This document shows positions 34,790-50,241 of a stretch of 64,000 nucleotides of DNA, piece after piece; the stretch's first letter is position 1, and each line of letters opens with the position of its first letter. The notes beneath the pieces were generated by a model. The model had not been told where the DNA came from. It worked only from the letters and a program-made list of their open reading frames with translations, and searched no databases. Source of the stretch: Octopus sinensis (lineage: Eukaryota); contig NC_043000.1 in NCBI RefSeq assembly GCF_006345805.1, positions 144,770,001-144,834,000 on the forward strand. Direction: 5' to 3'. A program made the translations under genes and the position numbers.

Positions 34790-36059
34790 CGAGGACAAGT
34801 CAAAAATTATCAGCACATTCACCATAACATATCTTCATTATTGTCAAACTGTCTTCTGCGCAGGCGTGCTTATAGTTGGCGTTATTGTGGTCATGTGATT
34901 GAAGTTTGAGCCTGATCGCTCTATCTTTCTTTCGGGAGCTACAGTTTAAGCTTGGCCGCTCCACTAGCAATGCGCACCAAAGAAGGTAAAAGAGCAGTGA
35001 TCCGATTATCCTGGTGGGAAAGTGTCTAGTGTCCTAAAATTCATTGTAGGCTTTTACCACAATACGGGAACAGTGCACTACCGCATAGAATTATGTATGT
35101 ATGGATAGAGAAGCTTGAAATGGCCGGACAAGCATAATGCACGAAGAGAAAGCAGGACACCCGCCAACCTCCACGAACAACGAGAAGATTCAGCAGGCTC
35201 GAGAGATGGTAATGGTGAAGCGGCGAGTTATCCTCGATGTGATAACTCGTTCTCTGCATATTAGACATGGTTCTGCCAATCAAAACATCCACGATGAGCT
35301 CAGCTTCCATTAAGTCTGTGCAAGATGGGTGCCAAAAGTGGTTACTGCAGGGCACAAGCGCAGACATCTTGAGGTCTGCCGATGTTTGCGCGATCGCAAC
35401 AACAATGAGACCTGCGAAATGTTTAGCAGAATAATCACAGTAGATGATACGTGTGTCCATCATTATGAGGGAGAATCCAAATGACAGCATGACTGGAAAT
35501 ATCCTGGCTCGCCAGAGACGGAGAAATTGAAATCTCAGTCTTCCGCAGGAAATGTGATGTTCACTCTTTTGAGGGGCACAAAAGGGACTATACTGGAAGA
35601 TTACCTAGAAAAGGAGTTTACAGTCAACAGTGATTTACTGGACAACAAACTGATGCCAGCAATTCGCACCAAACACCGAAGCTTATTGTCGAAGAAAGGT
35701 TTGTTGTTGCATGACTATGCACGCCGACACGCGGTCGTGCAAACCGTTGAAACTATTAACAATTTAGGTTTGGAGGTGCTGGAAAGCCCTGCGTACAGCG
35801 CACATCTCGTCCCTACTGACTATCATTTGTTCTGATTGCTCAAAGATGGTTTACGCGTTTGTCGATTTACTACGGATGAGGATGTGAAAGAAGCGGTGCA
35901 TAAATGGTTGTGCAACCAGCCGAAAACCTTCTTCTTGGAGGGAGTACGCAAGCTTGTATCGAAAAGGAAGGAAAGTACATAGAAAATGACGTACTTGTAT
36001 ATCGCCTGCTTCTGAGTAACTACATTGAAAGTAGGCGCCTAATGTTTCACTCAGCTTCG
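34790..36059 (+). mobile_element. Full-length decayed mariner (Tc1/mariner) element
   Basis: TA at both ends, diverged TIRs (CGAGGACAAGTCAAAAATTA / rc CGAAGCTGAGTGAAACATTA), 1270 bp. Remnant motifs WVPK, IITVDDT, LLLHDYARRH and SPAYSAHLVPTDYHLF. Confidence 0.9.
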
Positions 36060-39000
36060 TATTTATGGGGATCGTTGTAAATTGTATGCTAATATTGCAT
36101 GGTGTCTCTGATTTTGGTAAAAGTCATTTAGACAAGTATCTATAATAGATTTACTATTTTCCATTTTCGAAAATTGGAAGTGGTTCTGAGATATACCTGT
36201 TAAAATAAAAACCTCGGAGCCACATCTGTCAATAAAAGTAAGTGATACTACAGATGGCTCGTACTTTCCTAGAGCAAATTGGCTGCTTTGATTCTATTGC
36301 GTTTTCTTAAGTGCATACAGAGGTAATTATATCGGCTGTACATGTGGGAATAACATTGGTGATTATTCCATACTCGGTAATATATAATTTCCAGTTCACT
36401 TTTAAAGTCAACAATGCAATTTTATTACAAGTTACGATAATTGGTTATTAATGATTTCTGCGTACTAAAGATAATATTTTTGCGCATTGCTTCTTATCCC
36501 GATTGTAATAATGAATTCTCCTTGAGATATTTAATTTAATACAGTTTTATACCGCTACATGTAACTCAGTAGATTTGCAACAGACGTTAATTTTTGAAAC
36601 GTAATCATATCAAAATTAAATTTAAAGATATTTATTATATATTTAAAAATAAATTCATAGCAAATGTGGAACGAATTTGTAAATGAAATAAAGTTTCGTT
36701 AACCGAAATTTTCAGAATAATTAAGACTGGAGAACTGGAGATTTGACGATTTGTACCTTCATCATTTAATATGCATCACAATATATTTCATCTTTAATAA
36801 TACTTCGAAACTACCTCCATTTAGTTTTCACCTTGCTTAAATTAAATAACATATCGTTATGATTTAAACTGTTTGAACTTAATGATTTTGGAATATTTAG
36901 TAACATATATTTGCGTAATATGTATATAATTGCACAATATGCTCTTATTGCCAAAGACTGTCTCACTACTTCCTTTTAAATTCAATACATGAGATACTAG
37001 TTGTTACTTTGGTGAATATTATAAACTTTATGAAAGATAAAGTGCTGATTCTAGTTTAATACGATTATTTTATTAATTCTGCCGAAGTCGACGTTGAGAG
37101 CTGAATCGATCTGATCGACTTTCGTCCTTCCTCGAAATTGCGAAACCAATATTTTATATCAGTATGGGTTATGTGAATAACCACTGAAAGTCGGAAAGGA
37201 AACGCGTGAACACCGGGTTTCGAGCCTAACCTGAAACAGTTCAATTGTTATTCTTTAAAGATTCTGTCATTCTGCCTTTTTAAAGAAACTTGAATAGATA
37301 TTGAAATACATATTACCGGAACTTATGTGAAATAGTGATTATTTTATAAAAATGATATTGCTCCCTACGATGAACTATAAATCCAAATTAGCATTTTGTG
37401 TTTTTATTGGAGACACATTTATGAATGTCTATGAGGAAGGATACATGGAATGTCACCCACATTATCCCTGAGAATAATAATCAACTAAAATGAGTGAAAT
37501 TTTTCTACAGATCAATTCTTCGCGTCTTATTTTACATTTTCAATGAATTTTATTTAATTCCAACAAAACAATATATATATATATTTATAATGATATATAT
37601 AAATCATTTTTGAATATCATCTGATACGCAAACCAACTGATTTTATGATGTATGTCACGTATCCGTATAGGCATCAATGATCTCAGTTCTATTTTTAATG
37701 AGGAATATTCTTAGCGAGCATGAAGAATTAATCAAGTGAAATACATCGCTTATTGGAATATTGTTTTCGAATTCAAGACGTCACGACGTATGTTATTATA
37801 TGCCACGTAATATTGCTTCGTTGCAAAAATTTTTTGAGTGAAACCTTTATATCGATATTAATGCCTGAATCTAATATGAGATTTCAAGCCCTATGTAACA
37901 GGTAACAATTAAATTGTTGAAGATTGGCGCTGTCATGCGATCAGCATACTTCCTACATTAGCTTTTGGTTATCGTTTATACAGCTACAGAACGGAATATG
38001 AACTTTAAAATATCACTCCAAAACTAGGGATCGTCTTATATAACGCCTATAAATTTTGAATCTTAACTTCATGCTGTTTAGAATAGTACGAATGTCAGTG
38101 GAAAACAGTATAAAGCACTCGCGTAGGTCCTATCGTCCTACAGCGCAGTATATCCTATATATACTTGTACATATCAATGGAGATTACTGTAAAACACTCG
38201 TATAGATCCTATGGTTCTACAACTCTGTATTTTCTACTGATACATGTACGTTTAGGAAGCTGGATTAATAGTAAAGTTATATTAAAATAACAGCACAACA
38301 AACTTAGCGGACAGATACCAGTTGCCATTTGCAACAGCTGACGCACAGGAAATATAAACGATCAGCTCATTCAGTCGGGTCTCCGAACCTGTTCACACTG
38401 TCTCGGTAGAGCGTCTCTCATGCACAGCTCACCCACCTTTGTGTTCTTTACTCCAAAAATAACAACACCTTTAACATATTTCCAAAACGGGACTTAATCC
38501 ATGTGTATCTGCGTGCGTATATGTGTGTGTGGGGGGCGGTCAAAGAAACATATTTACGCAAATGAATTTGTGCAATGTTACATTTCTGAATTTTTTAGAA
38601 TTGTGATAATGAATCAATGGGTGGAGTCGTTATCGCAAAAATTAATTTCCCTTGCATATTCTCTCATTTTTAATATTGAATTAAAAGACAATATGCTGCT
38701 AGCAGCAAATTTAAAACTTCAGTAACTTGATCGACCTCTCATTGAACCAGGATTTTAATTTCAATTGATACACACTTTGCCATCATTTATATGAGAATTT
38801 TAAGTATGGCATATAAAGACAACTTATTTTGGTAGAAATTTTATGTGTACATTAACGTAAATGTTTTACTTGAGCGTTCACTAGAGTATGTCTACACCCA
38901 GTCAAATAAGGTATTCGACAGGGTGTACGCCGGGGAATGAGTTATTCTAACCAGCTTATAATGACATAATTTGTACCTACATATCTTTATCGATTATTTC

Positions 39001-40269
39001 CATCATGATCGTTTAGGTTTTATACAAAATAATGAAATATAGACCAATAATTGGTTAAGAAATGACCTATGAAGTACTCATATGCCACCAATAAACATGT
39101 ATGCATAGATACATACATACATTCGTATGTGTGTGTGTGATTGTTTGTGTATGTATGTATTTATGTATGTATGTATGTATGTATGCATGCATTCATGTAT
39201 GTACAATATTCTACGTTCATTTTCAATTTCAATTCCACTGAAGAAATTTCGATGTTTTTTATATATCAAATGCTTAAACAAAGCATATTTTGGAAAAATT
39301 AGAAAATAATGGTATATTAGAAGAATCTGTAATGAATTTCCCGTTGATTACCCACTGATTCCCTTTACCTAAAACTTTGAATTACTCGAGAAAACTACTA
39401 TGGTATTTGGAAACACATCATAATTAGTAATACTCCACTTAATGGTAGCTTTTTCTTCCTAGAAACTAACAACTGCTCTATTTTCTACATCACCGAGTTG
39501 ATAGAAGCAATATTTATCAATCATATTCTCTATAATTTTGGATAATGCTTCCTAATAAACGACCAGTTTTGAAGATTATCTCTCTTTATTGGATCTTAAT
39601 ACTTCATCATTGTTTCTCCTGGTCCTTTGCGCTTCAGAATTTCATAAAAAATAAATGTTGTTGCTCTTGATATTGCACTACCAATTTATGGTGTCTTGAT
39701 TAAATTTTATACAAATGTAGCACATTTGCAAATTCATGGTAGAATGTGTGTTCTAAGATCATATTAAGAGAGCGTGAGCTAATAGCAATATTTTTCTCTC
39801 CGCGGTGCTCATTCCCACTCGCACGTGAACACTCCGGGAAAAGATTACTAATAACATAACATATTCAGATTAGCAAGTGTAGAGCAATTCTCTTGATATG
39901 ATCATAAACATCCAAATTTTCACCTTAGAGGTAATTAGCGATCAGACAGATTAGCAATAGTTTCCATCGCGGCGCATTTCAGTTGTGATGCTAAAAGAGA
40001 CACTTTCAGGTAACATTCCAATTCAGAACATTCAGTTTCCCCACAGTGTTTTCACGGCAATGGTTTCTCCATCTCAGTGAGAATTAATTATGTAACACAG
40101 CCATTGGGACAAGGATAAATTACTGGCATCCCTTTCCTGGTTAACATTTATTTACTCTAACTGCAAACTTTGCCAATTTATAGATACAAACATTTATAAT
40201 TTCCTCATCAAGGATATTTCTACTCATAGACATCGACCAGGATGTTCGAAAAACTGAAAGTTAATTGCA

Positions 40270-41157
40270 CGAGGTGGTATCAAAACGTTCCCGGGATTGT
40301 TTTGTTGTGCGCCAACATATGACAGCATATTGTTGCGTGCACAGTAAGAGCTAGCAGGGACATCGATGACAGTGTGCCGTGTGACATTGCTGTGTTTACT
40401 TCGCAAGTTATAAAATTTATGATTCTGTGACCAACTTTATACTGTAGTCTGCGATTTTTGTCATGGATAAGAAGCTGGAACAAAGAGCCAACGTGAAAAT
40501 TTGCGTTAAACTTGGAAAGTCTACTGCACATACATTGGGCATGTGTTGGCCAGACTACGACGACGAGGCAGTGGATTATGCGCAATGTTTTGAGTGACAC
40601 TGGCGCTTAAAATGTGGCACAAGAGAGCCGCATCACAATGAAGAGAATGCTCAGGGTTTTGTTCGACATCCAAAGTATTGTCCATTAACTTTTCGTCCTT
40701 CAGGGCCCGAATTTCAATCAAGAGATTTACTACTACGTTTTGAAGCGTTTGACGGTGGATATTCAGCGAAAGTCACCGGATATGTGGTGCGCGTATACTT
40801 GGATTCTTCATTTTATCAATGCACACTGCCACCGATCTTTCCTCACTTTATCGCCAGAATGAACATGTTATCCCTTCCCCACCCACCCTATTTGTGAGAT
40901 TTAGCACCTGAAGACATCCGTCTGTTTGATTTAATACCAATGTCGAGATCAATATCGAATCGCAGCAAGCCCTTGATTCGCTTACGTAAAACAACTTCCA
41001 GGCCGGATTCCACAAGCTGTTAGAACGCTGGAACCGGTGTATTATTGCGCAAGATAACTCTTTAGAAGGAGATTATGGTGAAACCTACGTAAATAAGTTT
41101 GTTTAAAATTTATTTTATTAAACATAACTTCTCTTGGAAAGATTTGATAGTACCTTG
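40270..41157 (+). mobile_element. Internally deleted mariner element
   Basis: TIR-like ends CGAGGTGGTATCAAAA / rc CAAGGTACTATCAAAT, with TA on the right. Remnants MDKKLEQRANVKICVKLGKS, VLFDIQSIVH and WILH. Confidence 0.8.
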
Positions 41158-41720
41158 TATCAAACTCACTCATACCGAATGAACTCCAGATACTATTAAT
41201 AACATATACTATATGCTATTTGTTCAATGTTATATCTTCTGCTACGCTTTCACAGATGGGCCGCAATCCCCCAAATAAAAGAAAATTAAGTTGCTTAGTA
41301 CGCATGCTACACTTCTTAATAAAATTTCTATGAATTAACCATAAAGAAGAAATGTAGGAATGCATATAAACAGCTATAACTTATTACGTCTCTATCTTGC
41401 CTGACTAAGAGAAAACCATGGTTGTTAATTTAGATATGTGGTTAAGAAAAGTAAGTTGAAATGTTTATATGGGTTACTATATTTATAAATGTACATTGAG
41501 ACTTTTACTAATGTTTTGTTCTATCGATGTCTTTTCCAACGTATTGGCGTTTGCAAATATATGAGACTGACAACATCAATTAATAAACGAAATGTTTAAT
41601 TTTTTACATTAAAGTAAATACCAAATTTGAGGGACATGATTGGCAATATACACAAACACACACACGCACACACACACACCACACACACACACATACACAC
41701 ACACGCACACACACACACAC

Positions 41721-41811
<91 letters not shown>

Positions 41812-41813
<2 letters not shown>

Positions 41814-42146
41814 TGATAAAGGATGTACAAGTATGTGTGCTAACTAATACAACTTATCAAGAACCTCCCTAATGACAAAAGCTTCAATTTGGCATTCCTA
41901 ATTAAGCAGAAATAATTGGTATAGGATGCAATATAAGGCCACGGCAGTCGGATATACATATGTCGAATTGTATGAACACTAATAGGTAAGTGTGTCATCT
42001 TCAAACACACAGCAGATCATGGAGACTGGAATCACAGCAAATGAAGACTATGAGAAATACTTATCAATCAGATATCAAACATCCTCATAAAGACCGGATG
42101 ATTCTTATGCATGTAACATATAATGACAAATAACACCCACCCATAC

Positions 42147-42214
<68 letters not shown>

Positions 42215-42547
42215 TGATAAAGGATGTACAAGTATGTGTGCTAACTAATACAACTTATCAAGAACCTCCCTAATGACAAAAGCTTCAATTTGGCATTCCT
42301 AATTAAGCAGAAATAATTGGTATAGGATGCAATATAAGGCCACGGCAGTCGGATATACATATGTCGAATTGTATGAACACTAATAGGTAAGTGTGTCATC
42401 TTCAAACACACAGCAGATCATGGAGACTGGAATCACAGCAAATGAAGACTATGAGAAATACTTATCAATCAGATATCAAACATCCTCATAAAGACCGGAT
42501 GATTCTTATGCATGTAACATATAATGACAAATAACACCCACCCATAC

Positions 42548-42553
<6 letters not shown>
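41812..42553. repeat. Exact tandem duplication, period 401 bp (cores 41812-42152 and 42213-42553)
   Basis: Cores appear identical and are separated and flanked by (CA)n(TA)n. Confidence 0.9.
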
Positions 42554-42614
<61 letters not shown>

Positions 42615-42618
42615 TATG

Positions 42619-42925
42619 CTAGCAATGCATCCCGGCGTTGCGCGCGTGTTATGACACAGCCACACTGTTTTCTTTGTTCCTTTCTTATAGACACATTCAG
42701 CACAGCTGATATATAGTCAAATGTTTAAAAGTGAAGGAGAGGGTACAATTTGCATAGGTTTTCGTGAAAGTGCTTTCTATTCTTAAGAAGGGTCACAATC
42801 TAGGTATTGTTTCATCGTATAAAAGGGAGTTAATGCGATTTTGCCCTCAAATCACGTTTTCTAAATTTTAGTTTCACCCTGTCACACAGCGCAAATGTCT
42901 TACGTTTTTTTTTTATACATATAGG
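42619..42925 (-). mobile_element. Non-autonomous Helitron (degenerate)
   Basis: CTAG 3' end with GC-rich hairpin remnant (CCCGGCGTTGCGCGCG); 5' end resembles TCTATATATATAAAA. Confidence 0.55.
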
Positions 42926-43962
42926 AAAATACAGAGATTGCGAATCTGAGAAATATACGTCTATTTAAAGTTACATTATTTTTAAAGAAGCATTAACTTC
43001 CCATTGCTCCACCTCGCACACACATCAACTATTCGCTTTCAAAAAGCTAAAGACAACCAATGTTTCATTTTCGTCTGATGCTTCACGCATGCGTAGAATT
43101 GTACTGAAATAGCAGACATAAAAAAACATTAAAGCACCACCAGAAATCCCGACATACAAGGAACAACAGGTAAAGTTTCTGAAGAAATTTCTCCGCTTTC
43201 TAAAAAGCTAAAGATTAAACATTCGGAATTTGTAACTTGTTGAAAGTGGTAAGGTGATGGGTGGAGAGTTTGGAAGGAGATTTTAGTGTTTCTTTAAGAA
43301 AACCGAAAGAAGACAATTCTTAAAGATTTGTACTCACTGTTCTTTTCTCCGTGGATTTCTCCGTGGATTACCACGAAAAACTTCGAAACAATGAAGAAAC
43401 TGGGATGGAAAGGGAGACAGTTAAGATATTGAGAATTTGTTTTGGGACTGAAATACTAAATTCCTACATTTAAAACATAGACATCGGAAGGAACTTAGGA
43501 AAAATATCAGGTGGAAGGGGGCGCAAATGTTACCTCAAACACACTAGAAACAACTGGTAAAGGACAGGATTTCTGGAAGAACTTCCTTTTCCATGAACAA
43601 CGAAATGAAGTTTAAGTATACACTCATCACAAATATGAATTACAGAATAGGAAGAGGTGATTTCAATTCGATTTGAGCTGCTATTTTGTGCGTGCACATA
43701 GCAAGAAATAACAAAATTCATACAGACTTTTTACGTAGAGACAAAGAGAGAGAGAGAAATTGTGTGTACCTGCATGCGTGCGTACGTGCGTGTGCGTTTG
43801 TGCGTATGTATATGTATATGTGTATATGTGTGTGTGTGTGTGCGCCAGTGGAAGTTTTTTATAGCATTCTTTGGTTTGAAGCAGAAAAATTGGCGACTCG
43901 ATCATATGGTCGCTCATATAAGGTCATATGATTGTTCATTAATTTCTATAATTTTTCTTTAT

Positions 43963-44204
43963 TTCTTTATGCTTTAAAGGGAGCAGAATTTGAAGAGAGG
44001 AAAAAGGGAAGAGGTGATATTTGCTTTGAAGTGAAAGCAGAAAATGATAGAAAGGAGAAAGTGAAATATGTAAGTTCGTGTATATGAAATGGACGTGTGT
44101 ATGTGAGAGAGAGATGGAGAGAGTGAGTGAAAGTGTGTATTGTCATGTATGCATTTTGCATATAAGTTTCAGTGGCACTATCACTCTCTCTGTATGTATG
44201 TCTT

Positions 44205-44235
<31 letters not shown>

Positions 44236-44835
44236 TGATATTCGATATCCAGGCACATATATATAAGTGCATACATATGTATATGTGCATACAGAAAATG
44301 ACTGATTGTATTACCTCATAACATATGGAGAATTTGATGTCTTTTATAGTGCACACTCATATAGGAAATGTGATGTGGTGGTGGCATAAAATGTCGTTTA
44401 GGATAGTTGAATTATAGAAAGATTATAACGTTAAATTTTTTTAAGGAAAATATATAAATGGAAATAAAGTTTGTTTGTTAGCCGAAAGATTATTAAATGT
44501 TTTGATACGCCATACATCAAGATTGGCAATTCAGTTTTCGAATATATTTATAAATTTCCGACTTGTTTTCTTTATGCCTCAGATAGAGCAGGCATTGAAA
44601 GAAAAGAGAAACTGAAACCACGGCATTTGCTTTGAAGAGAGAACAGAAAGTGGAAACTTGAGAAAGTAAAAGATGTATATATGTGCATAGAAAATGGAGG
44701 TGTGCGTGTGTGCGTAGCTGTCCGTGCGTGCGTGTGCGTAATAGAGAGAGAAAAGGAGATAGAGAATGAGTGAGTGAAGGTGTGTGTTGTCATGCATGTG
44801 TAAGTGATACCCACTCGGTCTTTCTCTCTCACATA
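43963..44835. repeat. Diverged direct duplication, period ~605 bp
   Basis: TTCTTTATGC..ATTTGCTTTGAAG.GA..GAGAAAGT.AAA.ATGTA..AAATGGA.GTGTG occurs at ~43963 and ~44568. Confidence 0.6.
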
Positions 44836-44949
44836 CACACATCTTTCATATACACATACTTAGATATATATGCACACATATTTTAGTATGCATATTTTTG
44901 TATGCATGATTTTTGTATGCATACATATTTTCAAAAATTCACTACTCTA

Positions 44950-45742
44950 GTACTGTTCATATCTATTACGTCGAAATGACTTTGAAAACTATGGAATAAA
45001 TAATTATGAGAAGGGACAACGCCCGGCGAATGTGAGCCATTGGTTCCTATTCAAACTGCTCCAGGCTCTGGAATATCATCTTCGCTGTATATGATCGAGC
45101 AATATCTTGATGGAGGAACATCTTTCACCTTCGAACAAAAGATGGTCGTTTTTCTCCTAGTGCTGACTTAAGTCGCTCAAGTTGCTCGCAGTAGATTTCC
45201 TTTGTTATAGATTGGTTTGGGTTTTAAAGTTCAAAGTATACTAAACTTTTCATATTCCACCAAACAGACAACACCATACGTGGGTGAATACCTTGTTTAG
45301 CCTGGGTTGCCGGTGTTTCTCATTTCCCTACCCACTATCGTGGGTGCTTGAGAGCCCAGTCACTTTTCGATCCAAAAATTGTTCCTTCGTGCGACATGAC
45401 GGCAAACAACACCACACAATCACTCTCTCTGCGTTATCAGATTCGGAAAGCTTCTGAGGAACACAATGACCCAATTTATGCCTGACTAAATCTTCAATTA
45501 TTACGATGGAATTTTGTTTCACCTGGATTTTCAAGGCGTCCTCGCCGAGCTCTAGAGTACTTCCAGGAGAAGTCTCATCCCATATCTGTACACTCCGGCT
45601 CGGAATATATGGAACCACTGGATTACGCTTATTGTGCAACCTCCGTATACTGCATTAACTTTCCTGCACTTTCTATTCCGTTGTTGACTTTATTGAACTC
45701 ATAAAACAAACTATGCCGAATATGCTCCGTTGTCACTTCCAT
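44950..45742 (-). pseudogene. Decayed mariner transposase
   Basis: MEVTTEHIRHSLFYEF..VPQKLSE..FLDRKVTG..MVLSVWWNMKSLVYFELLKP..YCEQLERLKSAL..KRP..FLHQD. TIRs not resolved. Confidence 0.85.
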
Positions 45743-45847
45743 TATAACTGTTAAAATCAAACTGCACTCTTCAAAGCTTGCACTAAGACTAAGGACAAGG
45801 TAATATTACTATCTGCTTCTTTTTATAGAAAGTTAATGCAGGTAGGT

Positions 45848-45881
<34 letters not shown>

Positions 45882-46688
45882 TGCACACAATCACACCCTC
45901 ACACAAGCATACCTATATAGTTATACATATACATACAAACGTTCATTTGTTTAGAAACAAAGAATAGTGAAGCTCTACTATATATGCACGCACATGATTA
46001 TGCAGTTGCACACGTGGCATGCAAACCACTTAATTTCTTGGTTCTTAGCTAAATTCAACCGGGAATTAGCTAGAGACATATTAGAAAAGCTGGCACAGAA
46101 GAATAGGTATAAACGCAAGGTGAATAAATTGCATTTGATCAGGAACCACTGGGTTATACTGTGACACAGTTAAGTGAAACGGGCAGTTGGTTATTGGTAA
46201 TCTTCCCGAAAAGGTAATGCCTACGGTCTCATACGTTTATGAATCCCTGTGATATATACATACATGCATAAATTACATTACATACATATGCATAATCACA
46301 TCTATAGTTCTTTTCGTACTTTTGTGAGTCATCTTACATTTTGTCTTCAACTACCTATCGGTCGAAATACTATACGAAGTAACTTTGCTTTACATAATTG
46401 TCTACAATTTTGTTTCACTTGTGTTTATTTCTGATATCCATTCGTCTATATTCTAGCAGCTTCCATATTGCTGACACCGATAAACTAGAGAATATTCTAG
46501 GACGGTATCGATATTGTATTGTTTGGCAATTAACTCACGAGAGTACATTTGTGTTAGGTTTCTCATTTAATTGCCTTGCTGTACCCTGTGCTTCAGTTTC
46601 GTTGCTATTCCTGTATAACCCTGCTTCCTAGTTTCTTTCAATTTCTCCTCATTTATTATACAACCAGTGTTCATATATAGATATATAA

Positions 46689-47160
46689 CTAGCAGAAATA
46701 CCCGGCGTCGCTCGGATTAAAGGAAATAAGGACACTTAAAAACGCCGTCTAGATTACATAGGTCTCAACTGCTAGCAGCACAGTTCAAGTGTCTCTCCAG
46801 GTCACTTACTTTCTTTACAATGTATGCACTCAGTAGTCATTGCACCAATGGAAACTTTAGTGTCATCTGCATACCGAACTGTTTGAGGATATCTGAGATC
46901 TGCTTCTTAGAAGTTGCTTCTCTTAGCTGTTGCAACTGGTCTTCGTTCTGCAGTGGAGATCCTATTCTTTCTAAGCCATACATACCTCCTCTGTTCATCA
47001 GTGCTCCGTCTGTTCGATTTTAGGCGTGTTTCCCTTTCCTTTCAGCAGAAATCTCTCGTTCTTTGGACAGAGACATACTTTTGGCTGACCTTAACGTTGT
47101 AGACAAATCTGACACTTTCCGTCTAGGCATGGTTATAATTCGTATACAGAAATACAAGGG
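46689..47160 (-). mobile_element. Helitron deletion derivative with ORF N-terminal remnant; 5' end unresolved
   Basis: Minus strand CCGAGCGACGCCGGG-TATTTCTG-CTAG|T end. Remnant ORF from 47130: MPRRKVSDLSTTLRSAKSMSLSKEREISAERK. Confidence 0.6.
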
Positions 47161-48383
47161 TTCACAAGATAGTAAACAATGAAAATAATTTGGTAACGGA
47201 AATTATGTTTCTTAATACGACGGGCAGAAAGTAAATAAGAATATTTTATGGAAAATACAGTATTGTATGTGTAGGAGCGAAATTTGTCCCCCAGTGAACC
47301 AAAAAACCAGGATCGAAGGGATAGAAAAAAAACCGTCAACAACAGAAAAACAGGTTCAAGTTAAATTGATTCACAAAATCAGTCTCCTTTAATTTTGTTC
47401 AGGTTCCCTTCAATTTTAGTGTAACATTGCAACTCTGAATTTTGATTACGACCATCGAATTACTGTATCTCGTAAATTTCAGAATCTGATTTTATTTGGA
47501 ATTAAATTTGGAAAAATTTGGGTAATATAGCCAATCAACAGATGGCGAGGTATTAGCAGCTTGTTACTATGACAGCCGCACGTCATGTTGCGTTTCACTT
47601 CACTGTCACGTTGTGTTGATTCTTCACACCACTAGATTTACTTCACCGCTTGTTTTGTTTCAATAAAAAATTATATTTATCGATTAGATATTTAGATATT
47701 TTTTGTCAATGGTCATAATATTTTTACATATTTTACATATATTTTTCATATATTTCGTGAAGTGTTTCTGTGTTTACATTCGTTGCAACGAATGCTTTTC
47801 ATTTTAAACCGAGGTCAGTCTAGAAAGAACCAATCTGTATTTGAATTTTGTAGGATATTATTTAATGTGCCCTACATTGTAAAAATTTTCGAGCATAGTG
47901 TGATGGAGATTTGGCTGTCATTTCTAGCAAATTGAACGTTCACACAGAGATTACCTCATTGGATTATTTGCTAATGTGTATGTGTAAGCAAAAATTAACG
48001 GAAACGGATCTTCATCTGTTTCTAAGTTGATCGTACCAGTTTTATGATCAACTGAACTAGTTACACATTCAACTGGTACTTATTGTATCAGCCCTCAAGA
48101 GATGGAAGGCAAATTAACATAGATAGAATGTGAACTCAGTACGTACAGCATTTTGCCCAGTTTCAGGAGGGGTAGAGGTGGACATTAGAAGAGAAGATGC
48201 AAGTGGCATGGATACGTTTTAGAGGTGAGGTGAGCTCAGTTAGCTGCATGGATCCAGATAGTTGCAGCAGAAAAGGCAGAGAAAGGGGACACCGAATATC
48301 TGGGGAAGGAGTGCGTCTGTGTGTGATTTAGTGCCTGAAAAATGAAAGGGAAAACAATAGAGAGTGAGTGATATATATATATA

Positions 48384-48941
<558 letters not shown>

Positions 48942-50189
48942 GCAGTTAGATAGAGAGAGAGATAAATATATTTACATATATATATCTATCAACTTATTTG
49001 TTTATAGAGGTATCTATCAATCAATCTTTCTATTGTTTTCTCTAAGTTCTTGTCATAGTCTCTGTCCATCGGTCTTCGTATCTTTGTATCCCACAACTCA
49101 TTTCACTATATTTTAAACTTACTATTTACTGCCCACTTAATCATATTTATCAACTTTCCTATCTTTCCTAACTTCAATTCTTCTTCCGTTCTGAATCTCT
49201 GTAGCTACAAACTAACTATTTCATATTTACTGTCTATCTTACTTTGTCGTCGCTCTTTAAACATTATTCTTCCAGATTCATAAGGCAAGAAAGAACTTCA
49301 TTTTTTTGGTCAGTCATCTGTAGTTCTACTCTCGTTTTATTGCAATACATTTTTTCACTATTTGCAAATGGCACTCAGTTTTTCCAGCAACCGTCTTTCA
49401 CAAATATTATCGTCATTTTATGGAAAGTTCCCGAAATTTCTGTGATATTTGCTCAATGCCTTACAAGAGAATGAGTAGTATTTGTGTTTTGCTTCGTTTA
49501 GTGTCTGGTTTGTTTTCTATAAATCATTTTGTCCTCCCACACTGCGTTAAACTTTCATTAAATGTGATGCGTATGCATGAATTATGCACGTGTTGTTGGT
49601 ATGTATATGTGCATGTTTTTACATGCTAGTGTGCCTACATGAGTTATGTGTAAAAGTCGCACTACAAACATAGTGTTTTCTCTGAATTTATAGATGAATA
49701 TATGAGGGTAATTTATCATTGTTTTGACAAAGAAATGATGGGGTTTGTCTATATTATCCACTTAACGCGCTTACGATTTTGTGTGATTATCTCGTTCAGA
49801 AAGAATTATCTGCGAGTACGAAAGCCAACGTTTCCAGTCTGTCTGATGTGCAGAGAGAGAATGTATATAACAATTGCCGAATGAAGCATCAGTCTATGCA
49901 AAGTATTGAATGATTAGTATGCTACAAGTAATTACTGTTATCTGTCTTTGATACTTGATTAGTAACGTATGAAACACAACAATTTGCCAAATTTTCATCA
50001 CGCATAGAATTACGTGGATTGGATATATTTTTAAAACATTTAACACAAGATACATCAGATAATCCATAAAATATATATGTATGCATATATATTAGCGAGA
50101 GCGGTTGGAGGGACAGAGAGTTACATAGACAAATAGATAGATAGACAGACAGCTAAATGTATTTACATACATATATATGAATTAAATAT

Positions 50190-50237
<48 letters not shown>

Positions 50238-50241
<4 letters not shown>

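Noticed and set aside
38340-38380. TATA (38353) plus Inr-like TCAGTC (38371) promoter
   Set aside because: Spacing of ~20 bp is too short, and such motifs are common in AT-rich DNA.
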